Source: an uncultured cyanobacterium
Lineage (GTDB): Bacteria; Cyanobacteriota; Cyanobacteriia; Cyanobacteriales; CAWCAG01
Direction of reading: 5' to 3'
Assembly (NCBI GenBank): GCA_963803805.1
Contig: CAWDOD010000003.1
Location: forward strand, 160,001-224,000
Length of the DNA stretch: 64,000 bases
The notes under the pieces were generated by a model, which did not search any database, was not told the DNA's origin, and was given only the letters and a program-made list of their open reading frames with translations. Every line of letters begins with the position of its first letter. The stretch's first letter is position 1. The translations under genes were made by a program, and so were the position numbers. Shown here one piece after another: positions 21,324 to 31,847 of this stretch.

Positions 21324-22145
21324 ATGAAAAAATATCAAACTTTTTGGCTTTATATTTTACTAATTGGAATCGCCTTATTAATGCTCTTTCCTTTAATTTG
21401 GCTAATTAGTACTTCCTTAAAATCTCCCACAGAAAACATCTTCCAATTTCCCCCACAATTACTACCCCAACAGCCCACCCTACAAAACTTTGCTACAGTT
21501 TGGCAAACCTATCCTTTCGGGCGCTATCTTTGGAATAGTACCTTTGTCGCTGTTTTAACCGTGGGCTTAAACCTCTTGTTTTGTTCCTTAGCTGCTTATC
21601 CCTTAGCCAGGATGAACTTTCGGGGTAAAGATTGGATTTTTGCGGTGATTGTCTCTACCATCATGATTCCTTTTCAAATCGTCATGATTCCTTTGTATAT
21701 TCTGACAGTACGCTTAGGTTTACTCGATAGTTATTTAGGGGTAATTTTTCCTAGTTTAGCTTCTGCCTTTGGTATCTTTTTATTGCGCCAAGCCTTTCAA
21801 GGAGTTCCCAAAGAATTAGAAGAAGCTGCCCGCATTGATGGCTGTTCAGATTTGGGTATTTGGTGGCACGTAATGATACCTGCGGTACGCCCTGCCTTAG
21901 TTACCCTAGCTATCTTTGTCTTTATCGGTTCTTGGAGTGATTTTCTCTGGCCTTTAATTGTACTCAACGACCCTAGTTATTACACTCTCCCCCGTGGCGT
22001 TGCTGACTTAGCAGGGACTTTTTCTTTGGATTGGCGTATTATCGCTGCTGGTTCAGTAATTTCCATCTTACCAGTCCTGATCTTATTCGCCCTTGTACAA
22101 CGTTACATAATACCTACTGAAGCAGGAAGCGGAGTTAAAGGGTAA
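21324..22145 (+). CDS. Carbohydrate ABC transporter permease
   Basis: EEAARIDG EAA motif; multiple TM segments. Confidence 0.93.
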   Translation: MKKYQTFWLYILLIGIALLMLFPLIWLISTSLKSPTENIFQFPPQLLPQQPTLQNFATVWQTYPFGRYLWNSTFVAVLTVGLNLLFCSLAAYPLARMNFRGKDWIFAVIVSTIMIPFQIVMIPLYILTVRLGLLDSYLGVIFPSLASAFGIFLLRQAFQGVPKELEEAARIDGCSDLGIWWHVMIPAVRPALVTLAIFVFIGSWSDFLWPLIVLNDPSYYTLPRGVADLAGTFSLDWRIIAAGSVISILPVLILFALVQRYIIPTEAGSGVKG

Positions 22146-22162
22146 AAGATAATATTGATAAT

Positions 22163-24613
22163 TTACTTAATCATTGGCTTCATCTCCAAAGCAGCTTTAG
22201 GATAAGCAATACGTTGGTGATTAAATTGTTGCCATACTCTCACAAACACCTTAGCAACTCTAGCTAACTCTTCTCTAGTCAAGCCAGAATCGGCTAATTG
22301 ACCATCTTGCCATCTTGCCCTCATGATTTTATTAACAACCATCAAAGCTGCATCAGGAGTAATATCTTTAAGGGAACGCAAAGCCGCTTCGCAACCATCA
22401 GCTAACATCATAATTCCCGTTTCTTTAGATTGGGGAATTGGCCCTGGGTAGCGAAAATCTTCTTCCTTAACAGGACATCCTCCCTCTTGCTCTGCTCTTT
22501 GTCTAGCTTGGAAATAGAAATAGGAAATTAATAAAGTTCCTTGGTGTTCGGGAATAAAATCTCGAATAGCTTTAGGAAGCCCATGTTTTTTCGCCAGAGT
22601 AATACCTTCAGAAACGTGTTTTTTGATGATAACCGCACTCTTGACTGGATCATTAATTTCATCATGCTTGTTGGGACCTCCCATTTGATTCTCAATAAAT
22701 CCTTGAGGGTCGTGCATTTTACCAATATCATGGTAAAGGGTTCCTGCTCTAACTAGCTCGACATTACATTGCAATTCCCTCGTCCCTGCCTCAGCTAAAG
22801 AAGCCACAAATAGGGTATGTTGAAACGTTCCTGGAGTCTCTGTGGCTAAGCGTTTGAGTAGAGGACGGTTAGGGTTAGATAGCTCCACAAGACGGATTAA
22901 AGTGATTAAATCAAAAACCCGCTCTAGGTAAGGGGAAATTCCTAAAGCAATGATACTCCAAGCAACTCCAAAGAACCCAAAAAGAACTGAATCCTGCAAC
23001 ACAGGATACCAAATAGTTCCTGCTGTAGCACTGCGAATCAAAATAATAATTAAACAAACAAATCCTTGGGTTAAACCAATAGCCCCCCCCAGGGCAGCCA
23101 TTTCTTCCCGTGATCGCATTCTTCGGGCTACTACTGCTGCAACTATACCTCCTGCAGCTCCTGCAAGTAAGTATTCCCAACTAATTACAGCTCCGTTACC
23201 TCCCATAATACTAAAAGCAGAAGCCCCTGTGAGAAGGACAACTTGGGTAACACCCAAAGCAGGATTGTAAAAGCTACTAGTGAGCAAACCCACAGCAGCC
23301 AAGTTGTTGTAACGAGGACCGAAAAAAATCAGGGTTAAGGGAGGGGTTAAACTCAACAAACAAAGTAAAATACCATCGCGACTTCGCAATCTAATATTTA
23401 CTTTTTTCTGCACAAAGACAAAAATCCCTGTAGCCCCGACTAAAACAACACCACAACCCATCAATCCTAGCCAGTTAGGGCTACGACGGCTCAAGCCAAA
23501 ATAATCTAAAAGAGCAAAGTCTTCCTGGCTAATTTCTTCTCCCTCTTCAACAATTACTTCTCCTTGACGTACTGGCAAAGGTTTAGGTTTGATATCCAGA
23601 ACTGCCTGTTCTGCTTTACGCCTAGTTTGTTCCTCATCTTCAATTAAATTAGGTTTTAAAGTATCCATCAATAGCTCTGTAGCTAACGGAAGAGTTAAAA
23701 CAGGAACTAAGGGGTCAATTTGCTGACTGATAGCATTGGCAAGAACCTCATCTGGTAGTCCCCGGACAATACCTTGAGTAAGCATCCTTTCTGAGGCGCG
23801 ACGAATACCGCTTTTAGTTTCTCTCCAAGTTTGATCTCCTAACTCAATGAGGGTATCTTCATAGTCTGAAATGAGATTAATTAATTCTGATTCTCTATTT
23901 TCAAAGATTTTTTCTTTACCCTGAGCGTAATTTCTCCGTACTTGGGCAATTTGGGCCACTAACTCAGAAAATTCGGCACTAGAAACTTGCTGTCGATAAT
24001 CTCTTAATTCCCGAATACTTTGTCTCAAAGTTGGCTTTAAACTTATCTCTGAAGACTGTTTTAGCTCTGTTTCTGAAACTGCTGATAAAACACTTTGCCA
24101 TTCTTCTTCTTTGCTACTGCCAAGGCGACGTTGAATGGGCAAAGAGAGAATTTCTTCGTCAATTAAAGCAAATGAGTCAGCTAACTGTCTCATTTCATCA
24201 ATGCTTATAAAAATACTTCCTAATTCTTGATTAATTTGATTAGTGGCTTCTTGATCTATTTTTAGTACAGGAACGACACCTGTACGGGCTTCTTTACGTT
24301 CTTCTTGGGTCGTTTCTGGGTCTTTTACTTTGGCAGAAAAAGGGGCTGTGATAGTTTGAGGAGCAATTGTACCCACTGCTAACTCAGGTTGGTTATAGAA
24401 GCGTTGTCCTACTACTCCAGTAAGAGAAATTACTGTCAACACAAAAACTAACGGCCCTTCAGCACTAAGTTTGCGTTTTTTAGGGGAGCTAGATTGGGAT
24501 TGAGAGTCAAGCACCTTTTTATTAGTATGTATTGGCAACAACAAAGGTACTTGAGCTTGATATTTTTGCTGCCAATGATAAACTTTTTCTTTTATGGAAT
24601 GAAATTTGCCCAT
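22163..24613 (-). CDS. 7TM-HD (HDIG) phosphohydrolase, PgpH-like
   Basis: Extracytoplasmic domain, TM block, PGTFQH, YHDIGK, HHV-like KHV, HQGT, ADGCEA. Confidence 0.9.
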   Translation of the reverse strand: MGKFHSIKEKVYHWQQKYQAQVPLLLPIHTNKKVLDSQSQSSSPKKRKLSAEGPLVFVLTVISLTGVVGQRFYNQPELAVGTIAPQTITAPFSAKVKDPETTQEERKEARTGVVPVLKIDQEATNQINQELGSIFISIDEMRQLADSFALIDEEILSLPIQRRLGSSKEEEWQSVLSAVSETELKQSSEISLKPTLRQSIRELRDYRQQVSSAEFSELVAQIAQVRRNYAQGKEKIFENRESELINLISDYEDTLIELGDQTWRETKSGIRRASERMLTQGIVRGLPDEVLANAISQQIDPLVPVLTLPLATELLMDTLKPNLIEDEEQTRRKAEQAVLDIKPKPLPVRQGEVIVEEGEEISQEDFALLDYFGLSRRSPNWLGLMGCGVVLVGATGIFVFVQKKVNIRLRSRDGILLCLLSLTPPLTLIFFGPRYNNLAAVGLLTSSFYNPALGVTQVVLLTGASAFSIMGGNGAVISWEYLLAGAAGGIVAAVVARRMRSREEMAALGGAIGLTQGFVCLIIILIRSATAGTIWYPVLQDSVLFGFFGVAWSIIALGISPYLERVFDLITLIRLVELSNPNRPLLKRLATETPGTFQHTLFVASLAEAGTRELQCNVELVRAGTLYHDIGKMHDPQGFIENQMGGPNKHDEINDPVKSAVIIKKHVSEGITLAKKHGLPKAIRDFIPEHQGTLLISYFYFQARQRAEQEGGCPVKEEDFRYPGPIPQSKETGIMMLADGCEAALRSLKDITPDAALMVVNKIMRARWQDGQLADSGLTREELARVAKVFVRVWQQFNHQRIAYPKAALEMKPMIK

Positions 24614-24735
24614 GATGACGAATAAATATATTTCAAACTATAGGAGTTAGATAACTCAAGTCCCATCAGCTTGTAATCTGAAAATTCTGTAATTAGCTCT
24701 TTCGGATTTAGCTTAAACAACTAAACTAATTATGC

Positions 24736-25677
24736 CTATTCTTCTTGGGAAATAATCCGAAGTTGGGGACGAGACTGGAGAATTTTAGGAGAAGCTACTG
24801 CAGCTATGTTAAGTAACTTGTGATTATCGTTGAGTTGTTCAACTCCAGACCAAACTGAAAAAAGTTTGGTGGCGAGGGACGCAATTTTTTGGCTTGTGAG
24901 ATGTTTTTTGATGACTAAACGCCATCTAGAAGGAATACCGCTAAAGCTGTTGTAAACTCCCCCTAAGGCTCCTGTTAAGGCCGCTGTTAGGGTAGGATAG
25001 TAACCCGTTTGTACGGCTCTTAACACCCCTAGACGAAAGTTTGCTGGGGTGGCAAGAAAACAGTAAAATGCTAAAGCTATAGGAGTATAGTTTTTTTGAC
25101 CTTCACGGGATAAGCAAGTAACAACTTGCTGCAAGGGCAGACCTTGGGAAATGAAAATTTCAACCTGTTCTAGTTGTCTAATTAACGGCGTTTCAATTCC
25201 TCTACAATAACTAATAATTTGAGAAATTAAATTAACAGGGTTAAGTTTTTCTTTTAGAGCTAGACTGAGGCTATAACTCCAAATGAGCATAGATTGATGA
25301 TCGTAGCCATCTTTAGCCCAAATCTGTGCTGATTTTGTTAGATTTGCCCTTTGTAAGTTGCTGATTTCGTGGAAAAATAGGGCTATTGGCAAAGTTGCCA
25401 CTGCTAATTCAGCGCTGTTAGCTTTGTTTTTTAAGTTTAGTAGTGAAGACTCTGCAAAGCACATTTCCTCCAAATAAGCATCATGGGTGAAAGAACCAAA
25501 CTTAACTAGGCTCTCAAGAGTGCAAGTGCTAATTCTACTCCATTCAAGAAGATGGTCTTGGGGAAAATTAAGCCAATTTTGTCCTGAAGGATTTCTTTGG
25601 TAACTTCTGCCTAGACCTTCTCCTAAATAGCTACCTAATAGACCTCCTTTAAATCTGCTTAAAAGTGGGTGTTCCAT
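24736..25677 (-). CDS. ADP-ribosylglycohydrolase-like protein (degenerate active site)
   Basis: SRFKGGLLG...GEGLG and AALTGALGG..GIP..W fold motifs. Confidence 0.75.
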   Translation of the reverse strand: MEHPLLSRFKGGLLGSYLGEGLGRSYQRNPSGQNWLNFPQDHLLEWSRISTCTLESLVKFGSFTHDAYLEEMCFAESSLLNLKNKANSAELAVATLPIALFFHEISNLQRANLTKSAQIWAKDGYDHQSMLIWSYSLSLALKEKLNPVNLISQIISYCRGIETPLIRQLEQVEIFISQGLPLQQVVTCLSREGQKNYTPIALAFYCFLATPANFRLGVLRAVQTGYYPTLTAALTGALGGVYNSFSGIPSRWRLVIKKHLTSQKIASLATKLFSVWSGVEQLNDNHKLLNIAAVASPKILQSRPQLRIISQEE

Positions 25678-25766
25678 TAGATACCTAAATATTGGGACAG
25701 AAGTACACTTCGAGATTACTTTGATTTTATCTTAATTATTTTTGTTGATTTAAAATATATTTTGAT

Positions 25767-26237
25767 TTACTGCCTAAGATAATCTACTAAGGCTTTTAAC
25801 CCCAAATAATAGCTGTTGCCTCCAAAACCACTTATTTGTCCTATGGCGATAGGGGCAATGAGAGAGTTGTGACGGAAGGCTTCGCGCTGATAAATATTAC
25901 TTAGATGCACTTCTACTGTAGGAATATTTACCCCAGACAAAGCATCGCGAATAGCAATACTAGTATGGGTATAAGCTCCAGCATTAATTAAAATTCCTTG
26001 GTGCTTGCCCACAGCTTGGTGAATTGCATCAACTAAAACCCCTTCGTGATTAGACTGGAAACTGGAAACTTGAGCTTTTAAGTTTTTTCCTTCTTCTTTT
26101 AAGAGGAAGTCAATTTGCTCTAAAGTCACAGAACCATAAACATCTGGTTCCCTTCGCCCTAGCAGGTTCAAGTTAGGTCCATGTAGAACCAAAATATTTA
26201 TCTTGCGCAAAGCCTCGAAATTCACTTCATCGCACAT
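25767..26237 (-). CDS. aroQ: Type II 3-dehydroquinate dehydratase
   Basis: [37 protein letters not shown]. Confidence 0.97.
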   Translation of the reverse strand: MCDEVNFEALRKINILVLHGPNLNLLGRREPDVYGSVTLEQIDFLLKEEGKNLKAQVSSFQSNHEGVLVDAIHQAVGKHQGILINAGAYTHTSIAIRDALSGVNIPTVEVHLSNIYQREAFRHNSLIAPIAIGQISGFGGNSYYLGLKALVDYLRQ

Positions 26238-26383
26238 TAGCGCTGTCGCCGACGCTGTTGTGGTTCATCAACAGGAATGGGTATAGGCTCCGATTCTGGT
26301 TGGGGTTCTGGTCCAAGAAGAGTTTCAATGAGCTGGCGCGCCCATTCTTTTAGCTTTTCTAACACCTTCTCGATATAGTCCAT
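26237..26383 (-). CDS. Small hypothetical protein (48 aa), not in the ORF track
   Basis: [53 protein letters not shown] about 14 nt upstream; stop overlaps the aroQ ATG (TAATG). Confidence 0.7.
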   Translation of the reverse strand: MDYIEKVLEKLKEWARQLIETLLGPEPQPESEPIPIPVDEPQQRRRQR

Positions 26384-26612
26384 TGTTATAAAGACTGCTC
26401 CTGCGAGACAATGTATTTAATATTACACAATTACAAGCTGTAACTTCTCAATAATTGCTTTCTTTAGCAAGAAAGATGTAATTTTAAAAGTTAGCTTGCT
26501 AGATTAACTGAAACAATAAGTTCAGTTATATTAAGATTAACACAGCCTTCTAGTAAGAGCGCATCCTACTAAAGTACCCTTGTCAATGATCATTTTATGT
26601 AGTCTGTTTGTG

Positions 26613-27868
26613 TTATCTGTACAGCTTTATTAGCTTTCTTCTGAGCAAGTCTAGAGCGTAGCAAGCGCTAAAATATCTGATGGTGTCTCTGGTTTTTTCG
26701 GGAGCAAGATAGTAAGGAAAACTTTGTACTTCGCCATTTGGTTGGGCAATCGCCAGATAAACTAGTCCTACTGGTTTTTCTTTTGTACCACCTCCAGGAC
26801 CAGCTACACCGGTGATACTCAAACTCCAATCAGTATTTAATTGTTTCTTAACCCCTAACGCCATTTGTTGGGCTACTACAGCGCTAACTGCACCAAACTG
26901 TTCTAAGTCAGATTTCTTTACTTCTAAAAGAAATGCTTTAACTTGATTATCATAGGCAATAATCCCCCCTCTAAAATAATTAGAACTCCCAGGCACAGAG
27001 GTAAACATGGCCCCTAAACCTCCTCCGGTACAAGATTCTGCCACGCTAATAGTTTTTTGATTTTTCTGTAAAAGTTCTCCTACTACAGAAGCAAGGGTAT
27101 CTTCATCTGCCCCAAAATAATCTAGTCCAGCAATTTCTTTAATCTTGGCTTCCACTGGGGCGATCACCGCTAAAGCCTCCCCCTCCGATTTCGCCTTAGC
27201 AGAAACCCGCAATCTTACTTCCCCTTCAGAGGCATAGGGAGCAACGGTAGGATTGGTGAGGGTAAATAAATCCGTAACTTTTGTAGCTAAAGCAGATTCC
27301 CCTATACCTCGAAACTTAAGCAAACGACTATAAATAATCTCTTTTCCCCAACCTTGGCTTTTTAAATAAGGGACGGCGGTTTCTTGCCACATCCGTTTCA
27401 TTTCTGAAGGAACCCCAGGAAAGGTTAGGATGGTTAAATTTGCTTTCGGTTGCCAGATAATTCCTGGTGCAGTGCCTGCGGGGTTTGGTAAGATGCTTGC
27501 CCCTTTGGGTAGTAAAGCTTGCTTACGATTGTTAGGAGTCATTTCCCTACCCCTTTGAGCGAACTTGGCGGTAATATCTGCAATAATTTCTGGCTTTTCT
27601 TCTAAAGGAGTTTTTAAAAACTCCGCAATAGTTTCAGTTGTTAAGTCATCAGGAGTTGGCCCAGTCCCCCAGTGAAGATTAAGATGGAGGCACGCTGACT
27701 AGCGATGGCGATCGCATTTTGGAGACGTTGAGGATTATCTCCAACCACGGTTTGGTAATAATGAGGTATGCCTAAACTTGCTAGCTGTTGGGCTAAATAT
27801 TGAGAGTTGGTGTTGACAATATCTCCTAGTAATATTTCTGTGCCAACACAAATTATTTCTGCATTCAT
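26613..27868 (-). pseudogene. cinA: Competence/damage-inducible protein CinA, split by a 1-bp frameshift near 27660
   Basis: [15 protein letters not shown]...TGGLG then a frame change to [12 protein letters not shown]...AESCTGG...ITGVAGPGGG. Confidence 0.88.
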
Positions 27869-27925
27869 GGGGTTAGATAACTGGTGAAGCGAAGATTAGA
27901 TTATACAAGCTAAAGTTACCGTATC

Positions 27926-29086
27926 TCAGTCTAGAAACCATTCAGCATCATCAGCTTTTTTCAGACTTTCTTGAAGTAACTCCTTTCTGTCAAGCCACTT
28001 TCCTTCATAGCGTACACTTCCAAAGGTATCATCAAGAACTTTTTTACCGTTGTGATAAGCATGAACATGGATACCAACCTCCTCTGGGCGTTTTAAAGTC
28101 CAAACAATTGCTGGAGTACTTGGCCAAATTTTGATAGCATCATATTTGCAATTAGCCAGATTAAGAGTCTTTTTCACTTCGGAAGTGTCTGGATTTCCTA
28201 AAAATATATCGTGTAGTTGTTTGAGGGGGTTTGAAACGATATGTTGCTTCGACCAATTCCCGTCATGACCACAATTAGAACAAAAATGCTTACGGTGAGG
28301 ATTTTCAGCAAAGTCCCCTAGATCAAGATGCGGTGCATGACAACGATTACATATTAAGCAATCTAGTGGTCTTTTAGTGACTACAGCTTCAAGGTAAGCT
28401 AGTGCTGCTGGTGGCGTTATAGCAATTCTTGGCCTAAGCTCTAAATCTGGGAAAAGGCCTGGTTGATCTAAAATCATTAGTACGGGAAAAGTCTGATCAA
28501 TATTTTTCTTCTCACCTTCTTCCTTTCGAGCATGAAGATGAATTCCGATACTATCAGGTACACCATCCAAAACAGTATTGATAGCTGGCGGTAGCGAAGC
28601 CCATACTCCTACTCCCCCTGAATATTCCTCTAAATCAAGGATAAAGGGGTTCTTAACATAACACATAGCCTGAGATGCATTACTGCAAATAACATCCTCT
28701 GATTTATCAGCTTTGGCAAGTGCTTTAATATCTGCCTTAGTTCCCCAATAAACGTGGTGGGTTCTGCACCACCATCGTTCTGCTCCATGCCTAAACTTGC
28801 CCGCTTTAACAATATCACAAGGGAGTATAGCATCACAGCCAGCTTCAGGGGACGGAAAATATCCCAAAATGTGATCGCTGAATACACATACGTTTCCCAT
28901 TGTGCGATCCTTAGTCCAAACTACAACTGTTTCTTTCGTGTAATTTGCTGGTCTGAGTGGTTGTTCTTCACCTAGTTGGGCTATAACCCTTGTTTTGCCT
29001 CGCTTAGCATCCTTATCATAAATTTCCTCTACAAGAGTTAATTTGATAGTTCCATTAGGTAAAGCTTGCCTAAGAATAAATGCCAT
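27926..29086 (-). CDS. Hypothetical Cys/His-rich protein with an internal duplication
   Basis: 386-aa ORF; WWCRTHH, CNRC, H..H.CSNC and two GIHxHA...D.TF repeats. Confidence 0.75.
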   Translation of the reverse strand: MAFILRQALPNGTIKLTLVEEIYDKDAKRGKTRVIAQLGEEQPLRPANYTKETVVVWTKDRTMGNVCVFSDHILGYFPSPEAGCDAILPCDIVKAGKFRHGAERWWCRTHHVYWGTKADIKALAKADKSEDVICSNASQAMCYVKNPFILDLEEYSGGVGVWASLPPAINTVLDGVPDSIGIHLHARKEEGEKKNIDQTFPVLMILDQPGLFPDLELRPRIAITPPAALAYLEAVVTKRPLDCLICNRCHAPHLDLGDFAENPHRKHFCSNCGHDGNWSKQHIVSNPLKQLHDIFLGNPDTSEVKKTLNLANCKYDAIKIWPSTPAIVWTLKRPEEVGIHVHAYHNGKKVLDDTFGSVRYEGKWLDRKELLQESLKKADDAEWFLD

Positions 29087-29169
29087 CTTCCGCTTGTTCT
29101 TAATATGGATAGGTATTGCCTTTTACCCAAAGCTTAACTGATAATTAATCAAGTTAAGTTTCTCTGGAG

Positions 29170-30435
29170 TTGCGAGTGAAGGTTTTGGTCGTTGGGAATG
29201 GAGGGCGCGAACACGCCTTGGCTTGGAAACTGTTGCAATCAGAGCAAGTTGATAAAGTATTTTGTGTTCCGGGTAATGGTGGAACAGCTTTATTGGAAGG
29301 GTGTCAGAATTTAGCTTTAAGTGGAGATGACTTTGAGGGGCTAAGTAAATTTGCTTTAGTTAATGGTATATCTTTAATAGTTGTTGGGCCGGAAGTTCCC
29401 CTCGCTTTAGGAGTTACAGATCGCCTGCTTCGAGATAACTTGAAAGTTTTTGGACCGACTAAAGCTGGGGCGCAAATTGAATCGAGTAAGTCTTGGGCTA
29501 AAGAATTAATGGCAGAAGCTGGTATACCCACAGCTCATTGCGAAACCTTCACAGAATTAGCCCCAGCCCAAGCTTATGTTATTGATAAAGGAGCGCCTAT
29601 AGTAGTTAAAGCAGATGGTTTAGCAGCAGGTAAGGGAGTAACTGTTGCCTCTACTGTAGAAGAGGCAAATAGTGCCTTAGAAGCGCTGTTTGCTAAGGGA
29701 TTTAGCGAGGTTGTGGTAGAAGAGTTTTTAGTTGGAGAAGAGGTTTCAGTTTTTGCTTTAACTGATGGCATTAGCTTGCGTACCTTGATTACTGCCCAAG
29801 ATCATAAAAGAATTGGTGAAGGAGACACAGGGGAAAACACAGGGGGCATGGGGGCTTATGCTCCAGCACCTTTGGTAACTCCTCAATTGATGGAGCGCAT
29901 TGAGAAAGAAATTCTGCAACCGACGGTAGACGCTTTGCAACAAAGAGGAATTGATTACCGAGGTGTTCTTTATGCCGGATTAATGATTTCTCCCCAAGGT
30001 GATCCTTTGATTCTTGAATTTAATTGCCGTTTCGGAGATCCTGAAACTCAAGTCCTTTTACCTCTGCTAGAAACTCCTTTAGAAGAAATTCTCTTAGCTT
30101 GTGCTGAAAAGAGATTAGAAAAGCTACCTCCCATTGAATGGAAACAAGGCAGTGCTGTTTGTGTCGTGGCTGCTTCCCAAGGCTATCCGGGGGCATATGA
30201 GAAAGGTTTTACTATCTCTGGTATTGAAAAGGCAGAAGAACTAGAAACTACCGTATTTCACGCTGGTACAAAGTTGATGGGAGGGAAGCCTGTTACCAAC
30301 GGTGGGCGAGTTTTAGGAGTTACAGCAGTAGGAGCATCTTTCTCAGAAGCGATCGCACAAGTTTATAAAGGAATTGACTCCATAGATTTTACCGGAATAT
30401 ACTTCCGCAATGATATTGGCCATCGGGGGAAGTAA
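29170..30435 (+). CDS. purD: Phosphoribosylamine--glycine ligase
   Basis: GNGGREHAL, KADGLAAGKG, QDHKR, NTGGMG, EFNCRFGDPE. Start may be GTG at 29176. Confidence 0.97.
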   Translation: MRVKVLVVGNGGREHALAWKLLQSEQVDKVFCVPGNGGTALLEGCQNLALSGDDFEGLSKFALVNGISLIVVGPEVPLALGVTDRLLRDNLKVFGPTKAGAQIESSKSWAKELMAEAGIPTAHCETFTELAPAQAYVIDKGAPIVVKADGLAAGKGVTVASTVEEANSALEALFAKGFSEVVVEEFLVGEEVSVFALTDGISLRTLITAQDHKRIGEGDTGENTGGMGAYAPAPLVTPQLMERIEKEILQPTVDALQQRGIDYRGVLYAGLMISPQGDPLILEFNCRFGDPETQVLLPLLETPLEEILLACAEKRLEKLPPIEWKQGSAVCVVAASQGYPGAYEKGFTISGIEKAEELETTVFHAGTKLMGGKPVTNGGRVLGVTAVGASFSEAIAQVYKGIDSIDFTGIYFRNDIGHRGK

Positions 30436-30489
30436 GTCAAAAGTCAAAAGTAATCGCTCAATGATCAATGATTCAGTTATTAATGATCA

Positions 30490-31758
30490 TTGATAACTGA
30501 CAATTTTGGGAGCATTAGAGCCTTGGAAATAGTAACTATCATCGCCATTATTCTTGCTGCTATAGGAACTGGTTTAATAATTTCTGACCGCCGTAAAGAT
30601 AAGTACTCTCCTTGGCAAGCAACTGTTATTCCCTTAGCTTCTATTCTTGGTAGCGGTTTTTTAATTTCTGCCCCTTTGTTAGCTAGACAGTTAGGGAATT
30701 ATGCCCTTTTCGGCATGGTGATATTAATTGCGATCGCTTATTTACTTGGGGAAGCGGTGCGCTTTAATATTCAATATTTAGAACCAAGAATGGAGAGAGG
30801 GGACAAAGGCTTAGCTTTTACGATTGAAAAAATATCTTTCTATGTCTTAGCTGCCGGTTATGTAATTGCTGTCGCTTTTTATCTAAATCTACTTTCTGCT
30901 TTTATCCTCGAAGGCTTTTTTGATCTATCCCCCCTCATTACTAAGATCGTAACCTCAATTTTTATTCTTTTAATTGCTTTACTTGGTTGGTGGCGAGGGT
31001 TAGATATTTTAGAGTCTGTGACTAAAAATGCTGCTAGTCTTAACTTAGTTTTAATTGTCGCTTTTTTGATTGGTTTGTTTTCCTATAATCTCTCAGAATT
31101 TGCTGAGGGAAAATGGCAACTCTTAACAGAAAGCCCTTCATTTAGTTGGGGAACAATACGCTCTCTTTTGGGCTTACTTTTCATTACCCAAGGTTTTGAA
31201 ATTTCCCGTTTTCTTAGCTCTAAATATGATCATGCTTTGCGAGTGAAAACCATGAGATATGCTCAGTTACTTGCTGGGGCCATTTATATTCTTTTTATCG
31301 CTTTAGCAACAACCATGTTTCGTTTACCTGGAGGACAAAGTACCATTGCTGTCTTAGAATATGCTCAGTTAGGAGTCTTTATTCTGCCTTTTTTGATGCT
31401 TATCGCTACCTTTTGTAGCCAATTCAGCGCCGCAGTTGCTGATACGGCAGGTTCTGGGGGTTTAATGGTAGCAATAACAGAAAGACAAGTATTTGTCCAA
31501 AGACCAGGGCGCACTGATTATTTTATTGTGGCTGGTTTAGCACTGGTGTTGACTTGGTTAACGGATGTTGTTGAAATTATTAGTATTGCTTCTCGTGTTT
31601 TTGCACTTTTTTATGCCCTTCAGTGTGCAGCCGCTTTAACTCTAGCCTTTAAAACCCCAGGGGTAAAGAATCGTTTTCTCAACATCGCTTTATTTATTAG
31701 CGCAATCTTTATTTGTTTATTGGTAGCAATCTTTGCTAAATCTGCTTTTTATAACTAG
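30490..31758 (+). CDS. Multi-pass membrane protein, APC-superfamily-like
   Basis: About 12 hydrophobic segments; LASILGSGFL, QGFE, SQFSAAVAD. Confidence 0.7.
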   Translation: MITDNFGSIRALEIVTIIAIILAAIGTGLIISDRRKDKYSPWQATVIPLASILGSGFLISAPLLARQLGNYALFGMVILIAIAYLLGEAVRFNIQYLEPRMERGDKGLAFTIEKISFYVLAAGYVIAVAFYLNLLSAFILEGFFDLSPLITKIVTSIFILLIALLGWWRGLDILESVTKNAASLNLVLIVAFLIGLFSYNLSEFAEGKWQLLTESPSFSWGTIRSLLGLLFITQGFEISRFLSSKYDHALRVKTMRYAQLLAGAIYILFIALATTMFRLPGGQSTIAVLEYAQLGVFILPFLMLIATFCSQFSAAVADTAGSGGLMVAITERQVFVQRPGRTDYFIVAGLALVLTWLTDVVEIISIASRVFALFYALQCAAALTLAFKTPGVKNRFLNIALFISAIFICLLVAIFAKSAFYN

Positions 31759-31818
31759 TAGGGATGGGTTGATCTAAATTGCTGCTATTACCTGAAATCT
31801 AGATCAACCTGCCCTTAC
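31758..31818. repeat. REP-like imperfect inverted repeat
   Basis: GTAGGGATGGGTTGATCTA pairs imperfectly with TAGATCAACCTGCCCTTAC. Confidence 0.6.
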
Positions 31819-31847
31819 ATAGGAATGTCGTTAATGATAAATGATAA

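Noticed and set aside
27640-27675. Programmed frameshift in cinA
   Set aside because: No recognisable slippery site, and I know of no precedent in this family.
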